This document shows, piece after piece, positions 18,555-26,411 of a stretch of 64,000 nt of DNA. Within the stretch, counting starts at the first letter, position 1, and each line of letters begins with the position of its first letter. A program made the translations under genes and the position numbers. Source of the DNA: an uncultured Candidatus Saccharibacteria bacterium (GTDB lineage: Bacteria > Patescibacteriota > Saccharimonadia > Saccharimonadales > Saccharimonadaceae); the NCBI GenBank assembly GCA_946406645.1, contig CAMJLD010000002.1, positions 6,974 to 70,973 on the forward strand. Reading direction: 5' to 3'. The notes beneath the pieces were generated by a model that was not told where the DNA came from, searched no databases, and worked only from the letters and a program-made list of their open reading frames with translations.

Positions 18555-18994
18555 TTGAAATCGGTGCAGTAACAGAGTACGACACAGAGGTCGCAGAGGC
18601 GATGGGCAAACTTCGTCAGCAGCTAAGTGCGCGCCATGATGGTTCGGCGATTAGTCGCGAGATTATTGAGGAGCTCATCGAGTCGCCTTATCATGATATT
18701 CTGATTGCAACAGATGGCGGCAAGGTGGTCGGCATGACGATTGTTTCGATTGTGATGGCGACGCTCGATCGCAATGTATATATGGAAGATCTCGTTGTCG
18801 ATAGCGAATGCCGCGGCAAAGGCGTTGGCGGCAAATTGCTTGACGCCGTGAAAGACTGGGGCAGGGCGCATGGTTGCCGTCGCCTTGAGTTCACTTCGTC
18901 GAGCCGCGAGAAGAAGGAAGGCGCCAAGGGCTTCTACGAGAGCCATGGAGCCGAGGTTCGCGAGACGAACGCATTCCGCGCAGAATTGAATTAG
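18551..18994 (+). CDS. GNAT family N-acetyltransferase
   Basis: 147 aa. LVVDSECRGKGVGGKLL acetyl-CoA binding motif (R/QxxGxG). It overlaps the glmM stop by 4 nt. Confidence 0.8.
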   Translation: MIEIGAVTEYDTEVAEAMGKLRQQLSARHDGSAISREIIEELIESPYHDILIATDGGKVVGMTIVSIVMATLDRNVYMEDLVVDSECRGKGVGGKLLDAVKDWGRAHGCRRLEFTSSSREKKEGAKGFYESHGAEVRETNAFRAELN

Positions 18995-19021
18995 CCTGTT
19001 CTTATAGAGGTGGTAGGGGGG

Positions 19022-19050
19022 TTGACTTTTTGGTCGATTTCGCTTATACT
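19022..19050 (+). promoter_or_regulatory. promoter of surface-protein gene
   Basis: TTGACT (19022-19027), 17-nt spacer, TATACT (19045-19050). Confidence 0.55.
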
Positions 19051-19110
19051 TATTCCAAGACTAGGTCAAAATAAAAAATAGTCGAAACAAAAATAAAAAC
19101 AGACAAGAGT

Positions 19111-21285
19111 ATGTGGAAGAAATTTTTGGCAGCTAGCGCTGTCGCCTCTGGCATAATAGGGCTCCTTGGTGCAGGGGATGCTTTTGCGGTCGTAGTTGCT
19201 GGTCAATACACTCCCGGCCAAGAATTATTTTTAGCAGCGACAGAATATGATATCTGCGTCCATAAGGACGGCGGATATGCTGGTGATTTGATTATTGCGG
19301 ATATTCGGGGGGCTAATTACGAGAAACAGATTGTTTTTGGCGATATTACTGACGGTGAATACTGTACGCCAGTTGACGACATTCCGGCCGATAGTAAGTT
19401 GAAATATGTGACGCCGATGGGGCTTAGCGATATGATTTACATCCAGTCTGAGGATGAGGATGGTGAAAAAAACAGGGTAGAACTGAATTTGAACAATTCT
19501 ACGATGTCTAACGAGTATTTACGCGCTTATGGCCAAACGACGACGAGAGTGAAAAAGTCTAGTGCGACGATTAGCTTCGATGCTAACGGCGGCGCCGGTA
19601 CGCTGCCGGTGATTACTGGCGCCACGATCGGTTCGAACGTGACTTTGCCAAAGAATACACTAACGCGCACGGGCTATAGGTTTGCCGGCTGGAATACGAA
19701 GGCTGACGGTACTGGCACGCCTTACGCCGACGAAGCGACGATTACTGTCGAGGAGCTTGGCCAGATTCAGCTTTTTGCGCAGTGGGTAGCGACTACGACG
19801 ACGTTGGACACTGGACGAAAAGTTAACGCGGCCATAAAGACCTTAGCGGCGGGGAGTAGTGCAGTCTATGATAGCTACGACACGCTAATTAAAAAACTTG
19901 AATTCGTCGATACTCTTCCTGCCGCCGTAAATGACAATACTCCTAAAGTGAACATTGCGCTCAGCGGAGAAGAACCCGTCTACGCCTACTGGGTAGCTAA
20001 TGAGGAAAAAATATATATCAATACGGAGATGGATACGATCTATGCAAACAGAGACTCCTCATATATGTTCAGAAACATGCAGGCTCTCACCCCGCTTACT
20101 CTCCCGGCATCATTTAATACTGCGAAGGTAACGGATATGAGCTATATGTTTGGCGGCATGCGGGCTCTCACCTCGCTCACCCTCCCGACATCGTTCAGTA
20201 CTGCTAATGTAACGAATATGAGCGGTATGTTTGCTGGCATGTTTGCTTTAACCTCGCTCAATCTCCCGGTATCATTTAACACTGCGAATGTGACGAATAT
20301 GAGTACTATGTTTACTGGCATGATGGCTCTCACCTCGCTCACTTTCCCGACATCGTTTAATACTGCGAAGGTAACGGATATGAGCAGTATGTTTTGCAAT
20401 ATGCGGGCTCTCACCTCGCTCACTTTTCCGGCATTATTTAATACTGCGAAGGTGACGGATATGAACAATATGTTTTATGGCATGCAGGCTCTCACTTCAC
20501 TTACTCTTCCGACATCGTTTAATACTGCGAAGGTGACGGATATGAGCAGTATGTTTAGAAACATGGCGGCTCTCACTTCACTCACCCTCCCGACATCGTT
20601 TAATACTTCGAATGTAACGAATATGAGCCGTATGTTTAATGATATGGCAGCTCTCACCTCGCTCGATTTTCCGGTATCATTTAATACTGCGAACGTAACG
20701 GATATGAGCTTTATGTTTTCTGGCATGTGGGCTCTTACTTCGCTCAATTTCCCGGCATCATTTAATACTGCGAAGGTAACGGATATGAGCTTTATGTTTA
20801 CTAGTGTGCGGGCTCTCACTTCACTTACTCTCCCAACATCGTTTAATACTGCGAATGTGACGAATATGAGCCGTATGTTTTCTGGTATGTGGGCTCTTAC
20901 TTCGCTCACTTTCCCGACATTGTTTAATACTGCGAATGTAACGGATATGAGCAGTATGTTTTCTAATATGGAGGCTCTCACCTCACTTACTCTCCCGACA
21001 TCGTTTAATACTGCGAATGTAACGAAAATGATCGGTATGTTTAATGGTACGTGGGCTCTTACTTCACTCACCCTCCCGACATCGTTTAATACTGCGAAGG
21101 TAACGGATATGAGCAGTATGTTTTCCAATATGACGGCTCTCACTTCGCTCACTCTCCCGAATTCTTTCGTGGTTAATAGTGGCACTACGACTACTGGCAT
21201 ATTTACCTCGGTGAAGAATACCGCAAAACTGTACGCCACTGATTCGACGATTCGATCGCTCTGGCCTGGTGTGCTCGGGAATTAG
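19111..21285 (+). CDS. secreted surface protein: Listeria-Bacteroides (Flg_new) repeat plus 14 DUF285/BspA-like leucine-rich repeats
   Basis: - 724 aa with a signal peptide (MWKKFLAASAVASGIIGLLGAGDAFA).
- ISFDANGGAGT...GYRFAGWNTKADGTG...LFAQW.
- 27-aa units: MF.gM.ALTSLTLPtSFNTAnVTnMS. Confidence 0.85.
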   Translation: MWKKFLAASAVASGIIGLLGAGDAFAVVVAGQYTPGQELFLAATEYDICVHKDGGYAGDLIIADIRGANYEKQIVFGDITDGEYCTPVDDIPADSKLKYVTPMGLSDMIYIQSEDEDGEKNRVELNLNNSTMSNEYLRAYGQTTTRVKKSSATISFDANGGAGTLPVITGATIGSNVTLPKNTLTRTGYRFAGWNTKADGTGTPYADEATITVEELGQIQLFAQWVATTTTLDTGRKVNAAIKTLAAGSSAVYDSYDTLIKKLEFVDTLPAAVNDNTPKVNIALSGEEPVYAYWVANEEKIYINTEMDTIYANRDSSYMFRNMQALTPLTLPASFNTAKVTDMSYMFGGMRALTSLTLPTSFSTANVTNMSGMFAGMFALTSLNLPVSFNTANVTNMSTMFTGMMALTSLTFPTSFNTAKVTDMSSMFCNMRALTSLTFPALFNTAKVTDMNNMFYGMQALTSLTLPTSFNTAKVTDMSSMFRNMAALTSLTLPTSFNTSNVTNMSRMFNDMAALTSLDFPVSFNTANVTDMSFMFSGMWALTSLNFPASFNTAKVTDMSFMFTSVRALTSLTLPTSFNTANVTNMSRMFSGMWALTSLTFPTLFNTANVTDMSSMFSNMEALTSLTLPTSFNTANVTKMIGMFNGTWALTSLTLPTSFNTAKVTDMSSMFSNMTALTSLTLPNSFVVNSGTTTTGIFTSVKNTAKLYATDSTIRSLWPGVLGN
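20065..21165 (+). repeat. 14 tandem copies of an 81-bp coding repeat
   Basis: Unit ATG positions recur every 81 bp (20065, 20146, 20227 ... 21118), and the units are highly similar at the DNA level. Confidence 0.9.
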
Positions 21286-21339
21286 GATAAAACTTATACT
21301 TGCATCGCCCGAAAAAATAGAGTAGAATAATTCTGGTAA

Positions 21340-21416
21340 GGGGATATAGCTCAGCTGGTTAGAGCGCGTCACTGATAATGACGAGGTCTGTGGTTCAAGT
21401 CCACATATCCCCACCA
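21340..21416 (+). tRNA. tRNA-Ile (anticodon GAU), CCA encoded
   Basis: GGGGATATAGCTCAGCTGGTTAGAGCGCGTCACTGATAATGACGAGGTCTGTGGTTCAAGTCCACATATCCCCACCA. It folds as a cloverleaf with the GAT anticodon at 21374-21376 and a canonical T-loop. Confidence 0.95.
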
Positions 21417-21424
21417 GATAAATT

Positions 21425-21446
21425 CGCCCGAGAGGGCGCTTTTTTA
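21425..21446 (+). terminator. Rho-independent terminator after tRNA-Ile
   Basis: CGCCC-gaga-GGGCG followed by CTTTTTT. Confidence 0.7.
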
Positions 21447-21546
21447 TGGTTATGTTTTGAGCCTGAATAAGATTATGTTATGATACGCGAAGATAGCCTC
21501 GATTGAGGTTTGATCTTTAATACTATTGAAAGGCAGGTCTATATGT

Positions 21547-22167
21547 ATGTTAAAAGTGAGTCATTTGACTTTGACGAGGGAAATACGTGACGCCATACAG
21601 CTGAAGGCGAAGGATTACCAGACCTTTAAGGAGAGGGATGGAGGCGCGATTCGCATCTCGTTCTTTCCGTTCTGCAAAGCGGCGGACGATTGGCTCGGCG
21701 GTTTAGGCCAGTTTACGGATTTGATAAACCGTTTTAATGGTAAAATTACGCAGTCTCGAAATCCGCCGTGTTATGAGTTTTCATTCGGAATTACCCCTGG
21801 CGGGAGTCAAGTAATTCCCGTTGTTGGGGACGGGGCGAAGCAAGAGCTTAGCTGTTACGCCTACTCGGCGATGAAAGCCGCTCATGCGTCTCGCGCGCTG
21901 TATGAGGGTGGGGAATATCGCTCCGGAGACGATCTCTATATCTGGTACCTCAAGGAAGACAATGGTTATGTGGCGCAGCCTGGTGCTTTGGGCTTTATTA
22001 TTGAGCACGAAGGCAACCTTTTCTGCGATATCGTGGTTTGCGTTTCTGGCGCGACGCCGATAGAGGATGAGACGTGCGCGGCGGAGGCAATTAGGGTAAT
22101 CGAAGAGATATTCTCGTTCGAGAAAGATTTCAAGGTTATATCACCGCGTTTACATACTGCCGAGTAA
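21547..22167 (+). CDS. hypothetical protein; weak GlcG/DUF336-like C-terminal resemblance
   Basis: ATG at 21547 chosen (MLKVSHLTL...). GALGFIIEHEGNLFCDIVVCVSGATPIEDETCAAEAI resembles the GlcG motif GG.PI..dG..IGAIGVSGgtp.qDe..a.aal. The family call is tentative. Confidence 0.5.
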   Translation: MLKVSHLTLTREIRDAIQLKAKDYQTFKERDGGAIRISFFPFCKAADDWLGGLGQFTDLINRFNGKITQSRNPPCYEFSFGITPGGSQVIPVVGDGAKQELSCYAYSAMKAAHASRALYEGGEYRSGDDLYIWYLKEDNGYVAQPGALGFIIEHEGNLFCDIVVCVSGATPIEDETCAAEAIRVIEEIFSFEKDFKVISPRLHTAE

Positions 22168-22172
22168 GAATG

Positions 22173-22195
22173 GCCCGGCATTTGCCGGGCTTTTT
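22173..22195 (+). terminator. Rho-independent terminator
   Basis: GCCCGGC-attt-GCCGGGC followed by TTTTT. Confidence 0.65.
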
Positions 22196-22302
22196 GTGCT
22201 AAAATAATTGGTACGTGGGGTGTGCGAAGGCTTCGGTCTTTGCCACTCCACCATTTAAAATCGGCGAGAAGCCGGTTTTTTGTTTTTGATATAATTGATG
22301 AT

Positions 22303-22831
22303 ATGAGATTAATCTTTGTGCGCCACGGCCAAACCGATACGAATCTTATAGAGATGGCGGGGAAGCCGATTCTCGATGACAACGCGTCGCTAAACGAGGG
22401 GGGGGCTGAAGCAGGCGCAGCGCGTGGCGGAAGAGTTAAAGGGCGAGAAGGTCGATGCGATTTTTGCGTCTCCTCTAAAAAGAGCGATGGAAACGGCGGC
22501 GGAAATTGCCCGTTATCATGACGCTCCGGTTTTAGCCATGGATGGTTTGCGGGAGCGTAAACTAGGCACGCTAGTTGGCGAGCGTCTTCAGGCGGCCTTT
22601 GATTTCGACAATGTTGTCCGAGCGGACGATATTGAGTCGGTGGACGCATTCTTTGAGCGGGTTTATGCAGCAATAGATCAAATTGTGGCTTCAGGGTACG
22701 AAAATGTCGTAGTCGTATCGCATGGCGGCGTGTCGCATGTTTTTAGGGCATATTTTAACAAGCTTGAGTGGAAGGGCAACCTGCGCGTAGAGCACCTTAA
22801 GAACTGCGAGTATAAAATTTACGAGATATAA
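22303..22831 (+). pseudogene. histidine phosphatase (phosphoglycerate-mutase family) gene interrupted by a frameshift in a G8 tract
   Basis: Frame 1 reads MRLIFVRHGQTDTNLIEMAGKPILDDNASLNEGG up to the G-run at 22398-22405. The frame one nt later continues LKQAQRVAEELKGEKVDAIFASPLKRAMETA...VVVSHGGVSHVF. Removing one G restores a single ORF of about 175 aa. Confidence 0.75.
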
Positions 22832-22863
22832 CAGATAAGGGCGCGCTGAGAGGCGCTGTGAGG

Positions 22864-22892
22864 CCCGTTTCGAGTTTGAAACGGGTATTTTT
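22864..22892 (+). terminator. Rho-independent terminator
   Basis: CCCGTTTC-gagttt-GAAACGGG followed by TATTTTT. Confidence 0.65.
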
Positions 22893-23006
22893 GTGTCTTT
22901 TTTTGGCTAAGGCGCAGGAAAGCGATATTGCTTGCATAACAGGGGTGGAGATGCTCTTGCTACTCTAGTGTTCGGTTATTATGACATATTTTTAGACAAA
23001 AGCGTA

Positions 23007-23035
23007 TTGACAAACCAGAAGCTTTATGCTAAAAT
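23007..23035 (+). promoter_or_regulatory. consensus promoter of KGG-repeat stress protein gene
   Basis: TTGACA (23007-23012), 17-nt spacer, TGc-TAAAAT (-10 at 23030-23035). A leader of about 98 nt contains the ATCGCCAC/GTGGCGAT hairpin. Confidence 0.6.
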
Positions 23036-23133
23036 AGGCATAAGCACCTGCGAAGGTGATTGCTTTTTAGCATCGCCACGCGTCAAAGGGTGGCGATATT
23101 ATTTGAATTTGGTGGGCAGAAATGGAGACAGCG

Positions 23134-23337
23134 ATGGCTGGAACTAAGGCTGGTGGCGTGAAAGCCGCCTCTACTAACAAAACCAAGTACGGTAAGGATT
23201 TCTACGCAGAAATCGGCCGTAAAGGTGGTAAAAATGGTCACACTGGCGGTTTTGCTGCTAACCCAGAGCTTGCGAAGATTGCAGGCGCAAAGGGTGGCCG
23301 CATCTCGAAGCGCGGCAAAGCAAAAAAGAATGCCTAA
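23134..23337 (+). CDS. KGG-repeat general stress protein (GsiB/con-10-like)
   Basis: MAGTKAGGVKAAS...GRKGGKNGHTGGFAANPELAKIAGAKGGRISKRG with repeated KGG motifs. Start moved to ATG 23134 behind SD GGAGA. Confidence 0.7.
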   Translation: MAGTKAGGVKAASTNKTKYGKDFYAEIGRKGGKNGHTGGFAANPELAKIAGAKGGRISKRGKAKKNA

Positions 23338-23400
23338 TTAAGTTGACTAAGAGCTCGACGAGAGGACACATTCCTCTCGTCGGAACTCTCTTTGAGAGTG

Positions 23401-23436
23401 AAAAAGAAATCAGGCACATGTCCTGATTTCTTTTTT
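23401..23436. terminator. bidirectional terminator between convergent genes
   Basis: AAAAAGAAATCAGG-cacatgt-CCTGATTTCTTTTTT. Confidence 0.6.
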
Positions 23437-23450
23437 GTTCTTTGATGAGG

Positions 23451-23882
23451 TTATTCTTGGATGCCGGGGCTTTGCCAGGTGGCGCCGCAGAGTGGGCAGT
23501 GGTAGCGGCCGCGCTCGTCCTGATAGCCAGATAGCTGGCAGACTTTACAGAGGGAAACGCGATGGAGATAGTCGCGGTAGCTGTCAAGGCGATCTTCGGC
23601 GAAGTCTTCGTCGTATTTGACGCCGTATTTGGCGCAGAGTTCTTCGGTCTCAGCCCAGGCTTTGGCCTCGATTTCGAGGAGTTCGATATCCGAGTGGTAA
23701 TCTGTTTCGCCGAGGAGATAGTGGCCGAGCTCGTGGAGAAGGAGAAGCTTGGCTTCGGCGTCGGAATAATCTGTTTCGGTGGCATAAAAAAGCGTGGCGG
23801 GCGGGGTAAATTGGAAGCGTTCGCCGGCTTCGATTTGCAAATCAGGGAAATCTTTAGTCAGTTTTGAGATTAGCTTTTGCAT
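23451..23882 (-). CDS. putative zinc metallopeptidase-like protein (HExxH) with C-terminal zinc ribbon
   Basis: 143 aa. LLLLHELGHYLLGE (HExxH), a C-terminal CKVC...CPLC, and a 29-nt overlap with the upstream ROK gene. Confidence 0.6.
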   Translation of the reverse strand: MQKLISKLTKDFPDLQIEAGERFQFTPPATLFYATETDYSDAEAKLLLLHELGHYLLGETDYHSDIELLEIEAKAWAETEELCAKYGVKYDEDFAEDRLDSYRDYLHRVSLCKVCQLSGYQDERGRYHCPLCGATWQSPGIQE

Positions 23883-24657
23883 AGAGGTAGCAGCCTTTGA
23901 TTACAGAGAAGGAGCCGTGGCGAGCCTTGAGGAGGCGTGGCATGCGGACGTTTTTCGGGAGTTCGTGGGCGAGGCGCTTGCCGAGAGGGCGGCGGTAGCG
24001 TGGGAGGGCGAGGCCGAGAGGACCGCCAAAGATGATGCAATCTGGTTTGAGCTGGATAGTTTGAGGAATGAGGCCGAGGAGCATGCGCTCGATAATGTCG
24101 TCCCAAGAGGCGCGGTCGGTGATCTCTTTGATGAGCTTGCCGTAACGGGCGCGAACGGCGCTAGCGGCGGCGAGATCTTCCCATTCGTGTTTCTTGCCGT
24201 GATAGAGGTATTTTTCGTGGCCCGGCTCGAAATCGCGGTACTTATTCGAGAGTTTGCCCCCGAGAGTGACACCGCCGCCGATACCGGTGCTGAAGGTGTA
24301 ATAGACGTTCTTGTGATAGATGCGGCGAGTTTCGGCGAGGGCGGCGAGATTAGCGTCGTTTTCGACGAAAGCAGGGAGCTTAAAATCCTTCTCGAGCTTG
24401 TGGGCGATATCGAAAGACTTCCAGGGGAGATTGCCGAGCCAGGTGGCGCGGTTATCTTTCACGATGCCAGGCATGGCGACGCCAAAGGCGATAACTTCAG
24501 TCATGACGAAGTTGATGCGGATTTGTTCAAGGAGAAGTTCGTAGAATTTCTTCTGATCGACAGGGGTCTCGAACTTGACGGAATGAAGGATTTTGCCTCG
24601 CGCGTTCACGAGGGCAACGATAGTTTTGGTGCCGCCAATGTCGATACAGAGATACAT
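23854..24657 (-). CDS. ROK family sugar kinase (glucokinase-like)
   Basis: MYLCIDIGGTKTIVALV..., ENDANLAALAE, and a GTGIGGG-like STGIGGG. Start chosen at ATG 24657 (6 nt after TATAAT) rather than 24675. Confidence 0.8.
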   Translation of the reverse strand: MYLCIDIGGTKTIVALVNARGKILHSVKFETPVDQKKFYELLLEQIRINFVMTEVIAFGVAMPGIVKDNRATWLGNLPWKSFDIAHKLEKDFKLPAFVENDANLAALAETRRIYHKNVYYTFSTGIGGGVTLGGKLSNKYRDFEPGHEKYLYHGKKHEWEDLAAASAVRARYGKLIKEITDRASWDDIIERMLLGLIPQTIQLKPDCIIFGGPLGLALPRYRRPLGKRLAHELPKNVRMPRLLKARHGSFSVIKGCYLYAKANLKTD

Positions 24658-24747
24658 AATTCCATTATACAGCACATTATCCCCTTAATGGCTATTGCAT
24701 AATTGCGAAATGTGTGGTATAGTATGTAAAAGTGTTTTAGGAGTTTT

Positions 24748-25161
24748 ATGAGCGAAACTGAATACAAATATAGGCGTTGGGGCTGGGGTGCATTGATTGG
24801 CCTCGCAGTCGTGATTATTATCGCCGCTATCGTGATTGGCGTTTCTCTTACTGCTTCACCGAAGCCGACAGAGGTCGCAAGCAACGAAACCTCTCAGCAA
24901 AGTGAAGAGGAAAAGAATGCCGAGGCTGAGCGTAAGGCTCAGGAAGAGGCTGAGGCGCAGAAACGTGCTGAACAGTCAAAGATGAGCACGCCAAGCGACA
25001 ACAACAGCAAGACGCAGCAGGAAATTATCGACGAGAGTATTTCTGTAAGCACCTCGATGCCAAAGACTGGTCCAGAGGATGCAATTATCCCAGTTCTCGG
25101 TCTCTCGCTCGTCGCGATGTTGTTTGCTTACAATGTCATGATGTTCAAGAAAAACGCTTAG
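24748..25161 (+). CDS. small surface protein with N-terminal TM, charged coiled segment and C-terminal MPKTG sorting-signal-like motif
   Basis: 137 aa. ...STSMPKTGPEDAIIPVLGLSLVAMLFAYNVMMFKKNA has LPxTG-like architecture (motif, hydrophobic stretch, basic tail). Confidence 0.65.
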   Translation: MSETEYKYRRWGWGALIGLAVVIIIAAIVIGVSLTASPKPTEVASNETSQQSEEEKNAEAERKAQEEAEAQKRAEQSKMSTPSDNNSKTQQEIIDESISVSTSMPKTGPEDAIIPVLGLSLVAMLFAYNVMMFKKNA

Positions 25162-25190
25162 GCTTTACAACAGGGGGAAAATAGATTAAA

Positions 25191-25223
25191 ATAGTGAGCA
25201 GTTGGGGATGCTCACTATTTTTT
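25191..25223 (+). terminator. Rho-independent terminator
   Basis: ATAGTGAGCA-gttgggga-TGCTCACTAT followed by TTTTT. Confidence 0.7.
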
Positions 25224-25271
25224 CTGGTGTCAGGAGAGATAATGAGCATTCCCTACGGAAGGAAAAAATCA

Positions 25272-26348
25272 ATGGCTACAAAAGCTAAATTGACAATGGA
25301 CGAGCTCCTCGCTAACGAGGATAGCAAGGCTATTGTACTCGGCGACACCATCGAAGGTAAGGTGTTGTCCGTTAAGAAGCACGAGATTCTTATCGATCTC
25401 GGTGCGCGCGGTGTTGGTCTCGTGCCACGTCGTGAGGTCGCATTTGGGCGCACGCTCAAAGAAGGCGACGATGTATCTGCCTCTGTTGTAGATACTGAGA
25501 TGGAAGACGGTATGGTTCTTCTTTCTCTCCGCAAAGCCGTTAAAGAGAAAGGCTGGGACGAGATTTCCAGCAAGCTCGAGGCAGGCGAAATTATCGAGGT
25601 TCAACCATTCGACGCCAACCGTGGCGGTCTCTTGGTCGAATACGAAGGTATTCGCGGCTTCTTGCCAGTTTCTCAGCTCTCGGCTGAGCATTACCCACGT
25701 GTCGGTGGCTCTGACAAGGATGAAATCCTCCAGCGCCTCAACGCTCTCGTTGGTAAGCCAATTCGCGTCCGCATCCTCGATGCTGATCGCAAGACAAACA
25801 AGCTCATTCTCTCTGAGAAGGAAGCTATCAAGGACGGTCTCGCAGAGCGCTTCTCGAAGCTCGCTGTTGGTGACGTCGTAAAGGGTGTAGTGACCGGTGT
25901 GGTCGACTTCGGTATCTTCGTTAACGTCGATGGTATTGAGGGCCTCGTTCACATTTCCGAGATTTCTTGGGAACGCGTCAACAACCCAGCCGACTATGTC
26001 AAGGTTGGTGAAACGGTCGAAGCAAAGATTATCGCTATCGACAAGGATCGCCTCAGCCTCTCTATGAAGCAGCTCCAAGAGGACCCATGGCTCTCTGAGA
26101 TTGCTAACTTTAAGAAGGGCGACAAGGTCGAAGGTACGATTACTCGTATCACTCCATTTGGCGCATTCGTTCAGATTTCGCCAGCTGTCGAAGCTCTAGT
26201 TCATGTTTCTGAGCTCGGTGAAGGCAGCGATGTCGACCCAGAGAAGATCTTTACGCTCAACGAGCGCAAGGAATTCAAGGTTCTCGACATCGATAAGGAA
26301 GGTCGCAAAATTTCCCTTAGCTTCGCTGAAAAGAAAGCCAAGAAATAA
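25272..26348 (+). CDS. rpsA: 30S ribosomal protein S1 (four S1 domains)
   Basis: Repeated S1 motifs (G..V.G.V......G..V.......G..H.SE). Start set to ATG 25272 (MATKAKLTMDELL) behind GGAAGG, because the track start at 25194 lies inside the upstream terminator. Confidence 0.9.
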   Translation: MATKAKLTMDELLANEDSKAIVLGDTIEGKVLSVKKHEILIDLGARGVGLVPRREVAFGRTLKEGDDVSASVVDTEMEDGMVLLSLRKAVKEKGWDEISSKLEAGEIIEVQPFDANRGGLLVEYEGIRGFLPVSQLSAEHYPRVGGSDKDEILQRLNALVGKPIRVRILDADRKTNKLILSEKEAIKDGLAERFSKLAVGDVVKGVVTGVVDFGIFVNVDGIEGLVHISEISWERVNNPADYVKVGETVEAKIIAIDKDRLSLSMKQLQEDPWLSEIANFKKGDKVEGTITRITPFGAFVQISPAVEALVHVSELGEGSDVDPEKIFTLNERKEFKVLDIDKEGRKISLSFAEKKAKK

Positions 26349-26361
26349 AGCGCTTTTCTGG

Positions 26362-26389
26362 AAAAACCACCTTTCGGGGTGGTTTTTTT
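26362..26389 (+). terminator. Rho-independent terminator after rpsA
   Basis: CCACC-tttcgg-GGTGG followed by TTTTTTT. Confidence 0.7.
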
Positions 26390-26411
26390 GTGCTTGTGCT
26401 AAAATAGAGAC

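Noticed and set aside
20065-21165. Possible CRISPR array. I also considered the motif array at 16541-17160.
   Set aside because: The 81-bp units are contiguous with no unique spacers and lie in frame within a protein-coding gene. The 16.5-17.2 kb motifs are short, degenerate and irregularly spaced. No cas genes are in the window.
22243-22253. A 10-nt match (CTCCACCATT) to the tmRNA 3' end (3601-3610) as a possible attR scar of an island integrated at ssrA.
   Set aside because: A 10-mer match in 64 kb is not far from chance expectation. The interval would contain gyrBA, 16S and glmM (core genes), no integrase is present, and the flanking bases diverge.
25194-25271. N-terminal extensions given by the ORF track for several genes: rpsA 25194, ileS 41646, ftsZ 39155, fmt 31719, 16420, ROK 24675, 34309, holA-like 56060, recO 63071, 23122, 21526.
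   Set aside because: The extended starts lack SDs, lie inside upstream terminators, T-box leaders or upstream genes, and add residues foreign to the protein families. Internal ATGs preceded by GGAGG-like SDs, or by the -10-N6 leaderless geometry, were preferred.
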